A stretch of 64,000 nt of DNA, taken from contig CAZIDF010000004.1 in NCBI GenBank assembly GCA_964538085.1, forward strand, positions 3,118 to 67,117. Reading direction: 5' to 3'. Origin of the DNA: an uncultured Eubacteriales bacterium (GTDB lineage Bacteria; Acidobacteriota; Aminicenantia; Aminicenantales; Aminicenantaceae). Position 1 is the first letter of the stretch, and each line of letters begins with the position of its first letter. Below, piece after piece: positions 9,762 through 19,678 of the stretch. The notes under the pieces are model-generated. The model was not told the DNA's origin, searched no databases, and saw only the letters and a program-made list of their open reading frames with translations. The position numbers and the translations under genes were made by a program.

Positions 9762-10301
9762 ATGAAAAAAAAAGCGCAGTTGATCGGATTGACAGGAACG
9801 AACGGGGCGGGAAAGGGAGAAGCGGCTTCATTTTTTGTGGAAAAAAGTTACGTTTACTTTTCCTTATCCGATGTGATCCGCGAGGAGCTGCAGAAGAAAA
9901 ATCAAGAAATCACACGCAATAATATGATCAAGATGGGCAATTTAATGCGAAAGCATCGTTCGCCGGACATCCTGGCGCGCTTGGTGGCACAAAAGATCGA
10001 AGGAAAAGCCGTCATAGATAGCATTCGCAACCCCAAGGAAGTGGCGTTTTTTCAAAAGCGAGAGAATTTCATGCTTCTCGCCATCGATGCTCCCGCAGAA
10101 CTGAGATTCGAACGGGTTAAAAAAAGGGGGAGACAAGAGTCGGCCTCTAGCCTACAGGAGTTTTTAGCCAAAGAGGCAGAAGAAATGGGCACAGAAGAGA
10201 GTCACCAACAGCTTCTCGCATGCATGGATATGGCAGACCACACGATCATCAATGATGGCACTCTTGAGGAATTGAGGGAAAAACTGGAGGAATTCCTATG
10301 A
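9762..10301 (+). CDS. P-loop NMP-kinase-like protein (dephospho-CoA kinase / adenylate kinase superfamily)
   Basis: The start at MKKKAQLIGLTGTNGAGKG places the Walker A motif at the N-terminus. It overlaps the dCMP deaminase gene by ATGA. Confidence 0.6.
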   Translation: MKKKAQLIGLTGTNGAGKGEAASFFVEKSYVYFSLSDVIREELQKKNQEITRNNMIKMGNLMRKHRSPDILARLVAQKIEGKAVIDSIRNPKEVAFFQKRENFMLLAIDAPAELRFERVKKRGRQESASSLQEFLAKEAEEMGTEESHQQLLACMDMADHTIINDGTLEELREKLEEFL

Positions 10302-10810
10302 CCTCCTGCAAACTCTCCAAAGATGAATACTATATGAATATCGCAAGAGAGGTATCCCGCAAGAGCACCTGCTTCCGGCGGGTCATCGGGGCCATTATCA
10401 TTCGAGATGACCAGATCATCAGCACGGGGTATGCCGGGGCTCCGAGAAAAACCAAGGATAGTCTTCAGCATGGGTTTTGTCTCCGGGACAAGCTCAATAT
10501 TCCCCATGGACAGCGCTATGAGTTGTGCCGGAGCGTTCATGCAGAACAGAATGCCATCATCAACGCGGCCCGAGCAGGGGTCAGTCTTTATAGAGGCGAT
10601 ATGTACATCTATGGCAGCATTCCGGGAGAAGATGGACCCATCGATGCGCTTCCCTGCTTTATCTGTAAAAAGATGATCATCAATGCCGGCCTCGAACGCG
10701 TGGTTTGCTCATCGAAGGAAGGGAAGATCAATACTTTCCTGGTGCGCGATTGGATCGAAGATTGGCGGAAAAACGATATCATCGACGACAAGCAACAATA
10801 CGGACAATAA
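10298..10810 (+). CDS. Deoxycytidylate (dCMP) deaminase, ComEB-type
   Basis: 170 aa. It carries the zinc-deaminase motifs HAEQNAI and PCFICKKMIINAG. Confidence 0.9.
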   Translation: MTSCKLSKDEYYMNIAREVSRKSTCFRRVIGAIIIRDDQIISTGYAGAPRKTKDSLQHGFCLRDKLNIPHGQRYELCRSVHAEQNAIINAARAGVSLYRGDMYIYGSIPGEDGPIDALPCFICKKMIINAGLERVVCSSKEGKINTFLVRDWIEDWRKNDIIDDKQQYGQ

Positions 10811-10835
10811 TCAGCGGAAAAAGGTGCGCGTTAGA

Positions 10836-13019
10836 GTGAGAAAAAATATCGGAATCCCGCTTTTGTTGTTTCTCCTCGTTGTCAATCTTTTTTCTGCATC
10901 TCTTTCCACGAAAGGCCGGAATACCTCTCAAGAAAGCCAGGCTGTAACCGATAGGGAAATCAACCTGCTCAAGCTTTTGGCCATCATTCCTTCTCCGGAA
11001 TCCATAGACTTCGTGCAAGAAAAAACGTCCTATCATCTGCACACGCTGGTCACAGAGCAGCGTCATCTCAAAACCTGGAATCTCAGCGATCGAATTGCGC
11101 AGGACTTGGAAGCCGGACTCAGGATGTTATTCGCTGTGGATGAAGATATCTCGACCAAACTCCTATCACTGGGCCGAGAGAGCGGTGGTATCGAGCGCGC
11201 TGTCCAAGCCATGGAAGGGGCCATCCTCTCCGGACACAAGATCTACCTTTTTGGATGCGGAGAAACCGGACGTTGGGCCAAATGGGTAGAAAGCTCAATC
11301 TGGCGTCCTTTCTGGAAAGAGCTACAAGAGAGGAAAAAAATTTGGGCAAAGGTAAGTTCCCTTGTAAGAGAAGGGATCGAAAACCGTCTTGTCGGCGAAA
11401 TGCCCGGTGCGGACCGGGCTATCATCAGCCCGCTGGAAGGATGGGAAGAACTGATGGTCACAGGCCGCCTTCAGCTGGAGGAGAGGGGAATCGAACCTGG
11501 AGATGTGGTTTTTTGTGTGAGCGCAAGCGGAGAGTCTCCCGCGGTCATCGGCGCCATCTACGAAGCTCTAGATCAGTGGACGCGACGATTTCCCTACGAC
11601 GCAGAAAAGATCCAAAAGAATCTTTTTTTCATTTTCAACAATCCCGAGACAGACCTCCTTCCGTTCGATCGCTGTCAAGCCGTTCTGGAGGAACCAGGCA
11701 TCTCAAAAATCAATCTCACAACAGGGCCCCAAGCCATCGTGGGATTCAACCGGATGCAGGCCTCCACGATCGATGCCTTTTTGATCGCTCAGATCGTCCA
11801 GACTGCCCTCGATCGCGCCCTCCGCAGAACGCTATCCGATAGGGAAATGGCCAATCTGGGCTTTGAAGCACCTGTCGTACTCGCCAAAAAGTTGGAGGAA
11901 TTTTCTGCCGTCCTGAAAGAGGTCAGAAAGACCATTCCTGCTATCGCTAAACTCACCCTATCAGCAGAAAAAGCATCCCAAAAGGAAGGACATACGTCTT
12001 TTTTGGCCCTCAAGGGTTTCGGCACCGTTTTTAATGACTGTGCTGAAAGAGGGCCGGCATTCCATGATTGGCCCTTGGATACGGTAAAAACAACACCAAA
12101 AAAATCTCCCATCCAGGTTTGGGCCCCCCGACCAAGCCTGGAGGAGGCATGGTTCGTCCTATTGGGAAGGCCATTTCGCGGACTCACTCCTTCATTCTAC
12201 GAAAACCGGTTCGAACGGGAAATCACGGATCGTGACCATCTTCAATCGCTATTGAAAAGCCTAAAAAACGCGGCGGATGACCAACAATATCTTTATGATT
12301 TCTCTTTTTCCGATTTCAACCTGCGTAATCGAAAGATAGACATGGAAGACCTTGGCATTCTTGTGGTTATCAGTCCAGAAGAAGCACAATTGATGGACAA
12401 AGAATCGTATTTCAGCCGGTTCGTCGCTGATCACCTTAAAAAAGAGGCCAGATCCGCCCTGATCGTCATGACAGAAAAATCCGAAAATGACATAATAAAA
12501 GCGGTCCAGAAATTTCAGGGGTTCGACCCGACAGGAAAGGATGTCTTGATTATCCTTCCGATGGAATCAAAAAACGATCCTTTGGCGATAAACCGGCTTA
12601 TTGCCTTAAAAATCATCATGAATGCCCACTCTACGGCCGTCATGGCAAGATCCGGGAGGATCTTCGGAAATACACTTACCGCAATTTATCCGAACGATCC
12701 CAGATCTGTCGACCGCGCGACCGCCCAGCTTCAGTCGCATGTGAACGATGCCCTCAAACGGCCCGGATGGGTAAAACGCCACGGGATCCTGAAGCCCATC
12801 TCCTTCGGTGAAGCCAATGCGGTCCTCTTCGATTCCATCCATTTCCTGAAAAAAGAGCGAGGGAAGTTCAACAGGCCCTTCGATATTGGACTCTGTATCA
12901 TCCGTGTCCTCGAATCTCTCCGGCTCAAAAAGGCTGTTTCCCCAGAAGAAGCTTTGTTTATCGTCCAAAACCGAGGTCTCCAAAAGTATTTGAATGATGT
13001 CACTGCACAAATCAATTAA
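10836..13019 (+). CDS. Membrane-anchored double-SIS protein, MurQ / glucokinase-regulatory-protein-like
   Basis: The ORF-track start at 10683 lies inside the deaminase gene. A GTG at 10836, preceded by AAGGTG, gives the N-terminus (M)RKNIGIPLLLFLLVVNLFSASLS. MurQ-like motifs recalled from memory are LVTEQRH, YLFGCGETGRW, VVFCVSASGESPAVIGA and GFNRMQAST, plus a second MurQ-tail-like GRIFGNTLTAIYPNDPRSVDRA near the C-terminus. Confidence 0.6.
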   Translation: MRKNIGIPLLLFLLVVNLFSASLSTKGRNTSQESQAVTDREINLLKLLAIIPSPESIDFVQEKTSYHLHTLVTEQRHLKTWNLSDRIAQDLEAGLRMLFAVDEDISTKLLSLGRESGGIERAVQAMEGAILSGHKIYLFGCGETGRWAKWVESSIWRPFWKELQERKKIWAKVSSLVREGIENRLVGEMPGADRAIISPLEGWEELMVTGRLQLEERGIEPGDVVFCVSASGESPAVIGAIYEALDQWTRRFPYDAEKIQKNLFFIFNNPETDLLPFDRCQAVLEEPGISKINLTTGPQAIVGFNRMQASTIDAFLIAQIVQTALDRALRRTLSDREMANLGFEAPVVLAKKLEEFSAVLKEVRKTIPAIAKLTLSAEKASQKEGHTSFLALKGFGTVFNDCAERGPAFHDWPLDTVKTTPKKSPIQVWAPRPSLEEAWFVLLGRPFRGLTPSFYENRFEREITDRDHLQSLLKSLKNAADDQQYLYDFSFSDFNLRNRKIDMEDLGILVVISPEEAQLMDKESYFSRFVADHLKKEARSALIVMTEKSENDIIKAVQKFQGFDPTGKDVLIILPMESKNDPLAINRLIALKIIMNAHSTAVMARSGRIFGNTLTAIYPNDPRSVDRATAQLQSHVNDALKRPGWVKRHGILKPISFGEANAVLFDSIHFLKKERGKFNRPFDIGLCIIRVLESLRLKKAVSPEEALFIVQNRGLQKYLNDVTAQIN

Positions 13020-14253
13020 GCCTGGCCCACAATTCAGGATATTCATTCTGCTGGTGGGAATTCTCGCTGCAACTTGGATCTTTGCGACACAACAAAGAAC
13101 GAAACTCGGGAACGAAATCTTTATCCAGACATTGCTCCCCCAACTCAACCAGCAAAAACTGGGGCTTGTTTGCAATCAAACATCCCTTCTTCCCGGCGGA
13201 AAATCGCTGATCGAAGCGTTGATAGAAAAAGGAGCCATTGTGGAAGCTGTTTTTGTGCCAGAACATGGTTTCAAAGGAAGGCTTGAAGCCGGATCAGAGG
13301 TTCAAGACAGCCTCTTGGAAAATATCAATATCTACAGCTTGTACGGAAAAACCAGGAGGCCGACCCAAGGTCAAGCTCAATCCGTAGATGCTTTCATTTT
13401 CGACATCCAAGATGTGGGCACACGGTATTACACCTACATAACGACGCTCAAATACATCATGGAATCGGCAGCGGCATACGGAAAAGCGGTCTATGTGCTC
13501 GATCGCCCCAATCCAGCAGGGGGAAATATCGTGGAAGGACCTCTCCTCGATCCTCAGTTTGAATCATTCAGGGGAGCTTTTCCGATTCCAGTCAGGTACG
13601 GGCTGACTATCGGAGAATTGGCCTTGATGATGAGAGGAGAGGGGTGGGTTCCGCCCGAGGTCGAACTTCACGTTGTTCGGATGACACACTGGGACCGCCG
13701 TTTTTTCTGGGAAGACACAGGTCTTCGCTGGATCCCCACCTCTCCGAACATTCCCTTTTCGGAAACGGCCATCATCTATCCAGGCACAGGTTTGCTTGGA
13801 GCCTTCACGATCAATCCGGGTCTTGGAACATCGAATCCTTTCCTCCAGTTCGGCGCCCCTTGGCTCGACACAAAGACAATCATCCAAAAACTGGGAGGAG
13901 GAACAGATTATGGTGTCGAACTCCAGCCCCTGATCTATACCCCAAAGTCTCTTCCTGGCAAAACCCTCCATCCGCCATACGAAAACATAGCCTGCCAAGG
14001 AATCCACGTCCACATTTCCCAAAAAAGCAGATTCTATTCTCTCCGTTTCACTCTCAACCTCATCAAGGCCATACACGAAACACACCCGGGAAAAATACGG
14101 CTCTACCCGGAAAGCCTCAATCAGATGTTCGGCAACAATCTTCTCGAAAGATATATCGAGGGCACACTGAGCTTCAAGGAATTGCTGAAGGAAATAGAAA
14201 AAGATGAATTGGCGTTCATCCAAATGCGCCAAAAATACCTCCTCTATGAATGA
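12994..14253 (+). CDS. DUF1343 family protein (NamZ-like exo-beta-N-acetylmuramidase homolog)
   Basis: 419 aa with an N-terminal hydrophobic anchor (FRIFILLVGILAATWIFA). DUF1343-type motifs are FDIQDVGTRYYTYITT and PIPVRYGLTIGELA. It overlaps the preceding gene by 26 nt. Confidence 0.75.
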   Translation: MMSLHKSIKPGPQFRIFILLVGILAATWIFATQQRTKLGNEIFIQTLLPQLNQQKLGLVCNQTSLLPGGKSLIEALIEKGAIVEAVFVPEHGFKGRLEAGSEVQDSLLENINIYSLYGKTRRPTQGQAQSVDAFIFDIQDVGTRYYTYITTLKYIMESAAAYGKAVYVLDRPNPAGGNIVEGPLLDPQFESFRGAFPIPVRYGLTIGELALMMRGEGWVPPEVELHVVRMTHWDRRFFWEDTGLRWIPTSPNIPFSETAIIYPGTGLLGAFTINPGLGTSNPFLQFGAPWLDTKTIIQKLGGGTDYGVELQPLIYTPKSLPGKTLHPPYENIACQGIHVHISQKSRFYSLRFTLNLIKAIHETHPGKIRLYPESLNQMFGNNLLERYIEGTLSFKELLKEIEKDELAFIQMRQKYLLYE

Positions 14254-14371
14254 CACGGATCTGAGCTATTTACTAGTCAAGATTGCCGCAACGACAAGGA
14301 AGTGGCCCATGGACTGAGGTGATTCACCGCTGTCTCAATCCTTTAATGTAGGGTGGGGTGGGTTGGCCAGA

Positions 14372-14983
14372 TTAGTGGGAGCGGACGATTTCCTTAACCC
14401 GCATCAACTGAACTTGATAGGACCTTTCCATCTCCTCCAGCCTGTTGGAAATGTAGTGGATGGTTTCTTTGATGTTGGGAATCAAGATGTGTTCCAAAGC
14501 GTTGACCCTCCGCCGGGTTACCTCGATTTCGTGACTCAAAAGTTCGACAGCTTTCCAGAGTCGTGCCATTTCCAACAGATCTTTCATCAATTCCTTCATC
14601 TTTTTCATACCGACGTCCAGCTCGCCTTCTGTGTTCAAAAGGTCATAATCAGAGATCGACATGCTCTCGATGGAAAATTTCGGTATAGAAAGGCTGAAAA
14701 CTTTTTCCTCTTTTATATCCAAAGATAGCTCCCCCTCAGGAAGGAGATGGTCCAAATCTTTTCGGGCGCTTCGTCCCCGCACAAACCCGAAAGAAAGGAG
14801 GGCTCTGTTCCACTTAGGGCTGATGCCCGACTGAATATCGTACAACCGGCGCATGATCTCCAGAAAACGCCGCATGATCTCTTCCAGCTTATCCTTGAGG
14901 AGCTTGTGCCCGCGTTCAGCCAGAACGAGACGCCTGCGCAGGCGCAACAGCTCCATCCGGTTAGGATTAACGTTGAGTTTCAT
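14372..14983 (-). CDS. atpD: V/A-type ATP synthase subunit D
   Basis: 203 aa. N-terminus [32 protein letters not shown] is typical of V-type subunit D. It is the last gene of the operon. Confidence 0.9.
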   Translation of the reverse strand: MKLNVNPNRMELLRLRRRLVLAERGHKLLKDKLEEIMRRFLEIMRRLYDIQSGISPKWNRALLSFGFVRGRSARKDLDHLLPEGELSLDIKEEKVFSLSIPKFSIESMSISDYDLLNTEGELDVGMKKMKELMKDLLEMARLWKAVELLSHEIEVTRRRVNALEHILIPNIKETIHYISNRLEEMERSYQVQLMRVKEIVRSH

Positions 14984-16356
14984 TTTTCCTCAGAATAGTA
15001 TTTCTCCAAATATTCTGGCCGTATCCTTTTAAGTTCGGCTCGCGGTACGGTACGCAACAGATTCCATCCCAAATCTAGAGTATCCAGGATAGTTCGGGAC
15101 TCAAATTCACCTTGCCTGACGAACTCATCCTCGTAGCGGTCTGCAAATTGCAAATATACCCTGTCGATATCCGTGAGGGCCGCCTCTCCCAATATGAGGG
15201 CCAATTCCCTGGCTTCCTTTCCCCTGGCATAACAGGCGAAAAGCTGGTTGAGCACATCCGCATGATCCGATCGTGTCTTTTCCTCCCCTATCCCCTTGTC
15301 TTTAAGACGGGAGAGACTGGGGAGAACGTCGATCGGGGGATAAATCCCTTTGCGGTGCAATTCCCGACTGAGCATGATCTGTCCTTCTGTGATGTAGCCG
15401 GTTAGATCCGGTATCGGATGCGTTTTGTCATCCTCGGGCATGGTCAGGATCGGAATCATGGTGATCGATCCTTTTTTTCCTTTGATCCGTCCTGCTCTTT
15501 CGTATATCGAGGCCAAATCCGTGTAGAGATATCCAGGATATCCCCTTCTCCCCGGAATTTCCTTCCGGGCGGCGGAAATTTCTCGCAGCGCCTCGGCATA
15601 AAAAGTCATGTCCACAAGGATCACAAGAACATGCATATCCAATTCAAAAGCCAAGTATTCCGCACACGTCAAGGCCAAGCGAGGGGTGGCGATCCGTTCG
15701 ATCGGCGGTTCGTTGGCAAGATTCAAAAACAGAACAGCTCTTTCCAAAGCTCCGGTGTTCCGGAAATCTTCGATAAAAAAATTGGCTTCTTCGAAGGTGA
15801 TTCCCATGGCAGAAAAAACCACGGCAAACCGCTCCTCCTTCCCCAAAACAGTCGCCTGGCGGGCAATCTGAGCCGCAATCCTGGGATGAGGAAGTCCGCT
15901 GCCCGAGAAAAGAGGGAGTTTTTGCCCTCTCACCAGAGGATTCATCCCGTCGATAGAAGAAATCCCGGTTTGGATGAATTCGGACGGGTAATCTCGAGCT
16001 TGAGGGTTGATCGGCTCCCCCGCGATATCCAGCATCTTATCAGCGATAATCTGAGGGCCTCGGTCTTTGGGCTTCCCTGAACCATCAAAAACGCGGCCGA
16101 TTATTTCCTCGGAAACGCCCAACTGCTGAGACCGACCGAGGAATCGCACACGAGACTTATCCACATCTAACCCCACAGTCCCCTCGAAAACCTGGACGAC
16201 AGCTCTTTCCGTCGAGATATCCAAAACCGTGCCTCGACGCAAAAATCCTTCCCCTGTCTCTATCTCGACCAGTTCTCCGTATTTCACATCCCGAATTTTC
16301 TCGACGATGACCAGCGGGCCAACGATATTGGAAACCGTTAAATATTCTTTATACAT
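14980..16356 (-). CDS. atpB: V/A-type ATP synthase subunit B
   Basis: 458 aa. It is a non-catalytic B-type sequence ([19 protein letters not shown]..., [14 protein letters not shown]) and overlaps atpD by 4 nt. Confidence 0.95.
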   Translation of the reverse strand: MYKEYLTVSNIVGPLVIVEKIRDVKYGELVEIETGEGFLRRGTVLDISTERAVVQVFEGTVGLDVDKSRVRFLGRSQQLGVSEEIIGRVFDGSGKPKDRGPQIIADKMLDIAGEPINPQARDYPSEFIQTGISSIDGMNPLVRGQKLPLFSGSGLPHPRIAAQIARQATVLGKEERFAVVFSAMGITFEEANFFIEDFRNTGALERAVLFLNLANEPPIERIATPRLALTCAEYLAFELDMHVLVILVDMTFYAEALREISAARKEIPGRRGYPGYLYTDLASIYERAGRIKGKKGSITMIPILTMPEDDKTHPIPDLTGYITEGQIMLSRELHRKGIYPPIDVLPSLSRLKDKGIGEEKTRSDHADVLNQLFACYARGKEARELALILGEAALTDIDRVYLQFADRYEDEFVRQGEFESRTILDTLDLGWNLLRTVPRAELKRIRPEYLEKYYSEEK

Positions 16357-16365
16357 TTGTTTTCC

Positions 16366-18123
16366 TCATTCCTTGGCCTTCAAGATATTTTTAAAAGCCG
16401 TGTCTATCTGGATGTAAACCTCGAGAAGCTCGGACTCCTCCTCGGGCAGAAATTTCATCTTGGCTATTTGTTCCCGGACTTCCAAAAACTGGATTTCCTC
16501 GAGACTCACCCCGGACTCCAGAGCCTGGATGGCTGAGTTGTGAAAGTGGATGATGGTGCGAAGCATTAAGTACTGTTTCCGCAGGGAAGTATAGGTATCC
16601 TGCGGATGAAAGGCATTCTGATGGAGAAAATCCTCTCGGATGGATCGGGCCGATTCCAGGACAAGCCGTTCTTTCACCGCAAGGGATTCCACTCCCACCA
16701 GTCGCGCGATCTCCTGGAGTTCGGACTCCTCTTCCAGGAGTTGCATGGTTGTTTGACGGAGGTCGGAAAAATCCTCTGCGACCTGGTCTTTCCAAAAACC
16801 CTTGATATTTTCGGTATACAAGGAGTAGGACAAAAGCCAATTGATAGCAGGAAAATGTCTCATGTTGGCCAGCCGATCATCCAAAGCCCAAAAGACCTTG
16901 ACCACCTTCAATGTGGACTGAACCACAGGATCGGACAGATCTCCCCCAGGCGGCGAAACCGCCCCGATAACGCTCAAGGCTCCTTTACGCCCATCGGATC
17001 CCAAGCAGATGACATTGCCCGCTCTTTCGTAGAACGCAGCGATACGGCTGGCTAAATAGGCAGGATAGCCTTCATCTCCGGGCATCTCTTCCATACGCCC
17101 TGAAATCTCCCGGAGTGCCTCTGCCCAACGGCTGGATGAGTCGGCCATCAAGGCGACCGAATACCCCATATCCCGGAAATACTCTGCAATGGTCATCCCC
17201 GTGTAGATGGAGGCCTCCCTGGCCGCCACCGGCATATTCGAGGTGTTGGCGATGATGATCGTCCTCTCGAGAAGAGGTCGGCCGGTATGGGGATCGATCA
17301 ACTCCGGAAAACTCAGCAATAGGTCTGCCACTTCATTGCCTCGCTCACCACAAGCCACAAACACGATGATCTGGGCATCTGACCACTTGGCCAACTGGTG
17401 CTGTACCACCGTCTTTCCGCTCCCGAACGGGCCAGGAACGCAGGCCGTGCCTCCCTTTGCCAGCGGAAAAAGGGTGTCCAAAACTCTCTGGCCTGTAGTG
17501 AGGGGATCCACGGGCATCAATCTCTCCCGGACCTCCCTGTTCCTGCGTATGGACCAAGTCTGGAACATCGAGATGTCCAAAATGCGGTCCCCTGTTTGGA
17601 TCTTGGCCACGACCTCCTCGACAGTAAACTTGCCTTTATGGATCTCGACTATTTCTCCCGCGAATCCGGTCGGCACCATTATCTTATGCTTGATCAAAGG
17701 AGTTTCTTCGATCTCTCCAAGAATATCTCCTTCTTGAACCGGTTGCCCCTTTTTGACCGTCGGGATAAACGCCCATTTTTTCTTCCGGTCGAGGGCCGGA
17801 ACTTGGATCCCTCTGGTCACAAAATCTCCCTCTTGTTCTCTGATGATATCCAACGGCCTTTGAATCCCATCGTATATCGAGCTGACCAGGCCCGGTCCTA
17901 ATTCTACGCTGAGGGGCCGATCGGTCAAATAGACAGGCTCATCCGGACCGATACCGGTTGTGTCCTCGTACACTTGGATAAATGCACGGTCCTCTCTCAA
18001 CTCGATAATCTCCCCGATCAATCCCAATGCCCCAATTTTGACCATATCGTACATCTTCGCACCGAGACATCCGGATGCTACCACAAGAGGTCCGGCAACG
18101 CGTATGATTTTACCTTGTTCCAT
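16366..18123 (-). CDS. atpA: V/A-type ATP synthase catalytic subunit A
   Basis: 585 aa. It has the Walker A motif GPFGSGKTVVQHQ and the V-type A-specific non-homologous insert region. Confidence 0.95.
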   Translation of the reverse strand: MEQGKIIRVAGPLVVASGCLGAKMYDMVKIGALGLIGEIIELREDRAFIQVYEDTTGIGPDEPVYLTDRPLSVELGPGLVSSIYDGIQRPLDIIREQEGDFVTRGIQVPALDRKKKWAFIPTVKKGQPVQEGDILGEIEETPLIKHKIMVPTGFAGEIVEIHKGKFTVEEVVAKIQTGDRILDISMFQTWSIRRNREVRERLMPVDPLTTGQRVLDTLFPLAKGGTACVPGPFGSGKTVVQHQLAKWSDAQIIVFVACGERGNEVADLLLSFPELIDPHTGRPLLERTIIIANTSNMPVAAREASIYTGMTIAEYFRDMGYSVALMADSSSRWAEALREISGRMEEMPGDEGYPAYLASRIAAFYERAGNVICLGSDGRKGALSVIGAVSPPGGDLSDPVVQSTLKVVKVFWALDDRLANMRHFPAINWLLSYSLYTENIKGFWKDQVAEDFSDLRQTTMQLLEEESELQEIARLVGVESLAVKERLVLESARSIREDFLHQNAFHPQDTYTSLRKQYLMLRTIIHFHNSAIQALESGVSLEEIQFLEVREQIAKMKFLPEEESELLEVYIQIDTAFKNILKAKE

Positions 18124-18469
18124 GGTTTCCTCTTCCCTTCACCAAAGCATCAGAGCCAGTGGCTTTGACTGCCATTTCTTTCATCATGTTCTCCAAATGG
18201 TCGGTGATTTTTGTGTAATCGGAAAACCCCACGACCACGGGAACGAACTTTTTACCCAGGGCTTTCCTCTCTTCTTGCAAAGGTAGGAAGTAACTCTGGT
18301 GCAAAAAACAAAGAGCGATATTATCCTTTTCCAGGCCTTTCAAAATTTCCCTCGCCTCATCCAAATAGCGGGGGGAATAGGTCTTGAATCCCAAGGCTCT
18401 GAAGGCGAACACCATGTCTTTTTCCCCGATCACAGCCACTTTGGCCTTTCCATCAAACATAGGTCTCAC
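18110..18469 (-). CDS. atpF: V/A-type ATP synthase subunit F
   Basis: 119 aa. Motif VAVIGEKDMVFAFRALGF, and its position between C and A, match V-type subunit F. Confidence 0.8.
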   Translation of the reverse strand: MRPMFDGKAKVAVIGEKDMVFAFRALGFKTYSPRYLDEAREILKGLEKDNIALCFLHQSYFLPLQEERKALGKKFVPVVVGFSDYTKITDHLENMMKEMAVKATGSDALVKGRGNHGTR

Positions 18470-19238
18470 TCATCCTTTGTCTCAACATCTCTGCGGGAAT
18501 CCGGTTGAGTTTCCCCACGCCCAAAAGCCTGAGGAGCTGCAATTCCCTTTTTCTGGCCAAGACATAGGCAAAAACGGGTTCAGGGCCGAAAACGATATAT
18601 TTGGCTCTTCTGAGGTAGTTCATCAGAAAATTCTCAAATTCTCGCTCGAGGGCGATAAAGGTTTCATTTTCGATCAGCTCATCTGTCGCTCGGATCCAAG
18701 CTGGATGGTAGGCTGAAGCCTGAAGTCTCTCTCCCACCTCTCCGTACGAAAGGTCAAAGCTTCCTAGCAAAATGCCCACATCCAAAAATCCGCCCTTGAT
18801 CAACGATCTTTCCAGCTTATCGAGTGGAAGCTCCATATACTTGGACCGGCAGAGTATTTTCAAATTCCCCAGATCGATTTTGTGCCGCAAATATTCGGTG
18901 ATGAAGGGAACGTTCCACTGTCGAGAAAGAGCGAGGACTTTGTGTGGTTGATCGACACCCAGAACGATCCTTTCCATCTCCTTTTCGTGGAGTAGGCTGG
19001 AAACCAAGTCCAGCAATGCAGCCTCTTCTTTTTCCAGAAATTCATCCAATTTGTCCGAGTCTTCGATCTCGATCTTCTCCAGATGGAATTGCCCCTCATC
19101 AAAAATGATCTTTAGAGCTGAAGAGAGGTCTTTTTCCCCAGCAGCCTCCATGAAAGAGGGCCTGGCCACAAGATAGTTTTCTAGAGCTCGGACCCGGCCA
19201 ACAGCATAGGCATAGTCCAAGCGGGAGATTTTTTTCAT
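18453..19238 (-). CDS. atpC: V/A-type ATP synthase subunit C (d-type), short form
   Basis: 261 aa. The N-terminus LDYAYAVGRVRALENYL is typical of V-type subunit C. It sits between E and F in the operon. Confidence 0.75.
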   Translation of the reverse strand: MKKISRLDYAYAVGRVRALENYLVARPSFMEAAGEKDLSSALKIIFDEGQFHLEKIEIEDSDKLDEFLEKEEAALLDLVSSLLHEKEMERIVLGVDQPHKVLALSRQWNVPFITEYLRHKIDLGNLKILCRSKYMELPLDKLERSLIKGGFLDVGILLGSFDLSYGEVGERLQASAYHPAWIRATDELIENETFIALEREFENFLMNYLRRAKYIVFGPEPVFAYVLARKRELQLLRLLGVGKLNRIPAEMLRQRMSETYV

Positions 19239-19651
19239 ATTTTCAAAACCTCGGCAATCGCTTTTTCCAGCTTCGGTCGCATTTCCTGCTTCAATTTCTC
19301 TCGATCGACAACTTCTTCATGCTCCCCATCTTTCCTTATGATTTTTCGTTTCATGCTGATTAGATCGCTCTTTTGCTTGTCGAACGCTTTTCCCAGAACT
19401 TCGTCGATCAGATCCTTTTTGCACCTGAGAATATTGATTCTTTTTTCAAGACGGGCTTGGGTAACCAAGCGGCTGGCTTCCAGATTTCCCTGTCGCTCAG
19501 CCTGTTCGAGGATGGCCTTTGCTTGCATTTCACCCATTCTCCGGGCATTTTGTTTGATCTCTTCAGCTTTTTGTCGACTCTCGAGAAGAATCTTCTCGGC
19601 TTCGCCCCGAGCCTCTTCCAAGATCTTGTCTAATATTTTTTCCAAACTCAT
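19235..19651 (-). CDS. atpE: V/A-type ATP synthase subunit E, short form
   Basis: 138 aa. It has a charged coiled-coil N-terminus (LEKILDKILEEARGEAEKILLESRQKAEEI) and sits between K and C in the operon. Confidence 0.7.
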   Translation of the reverse strand: MSLEKILDKILEEARGEAEKILLESRQKAEEIKQNARRMGEMQAKAILEQAERQGNLEASRLVTQARLEKRINILRCKKDLIDEVLGKAFDKQKSDLISMKRKIIRKDGEHEEVVDREKLKQEMRPKLEKAIAEVLKI

Positions 19652-19678
19652 CGTTATCGATTCACACCCTTATTGTAT

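Noticed and set aside
14351-14366. G-run GGGTGGGGTGGGTTGG between the convergent DUF1343 and atpD genes (possible G-quadruplex).
   Set aside because: The fourth tract has only two G residues. It is a single occurrence, with no supporting context and no obvious terminator function.
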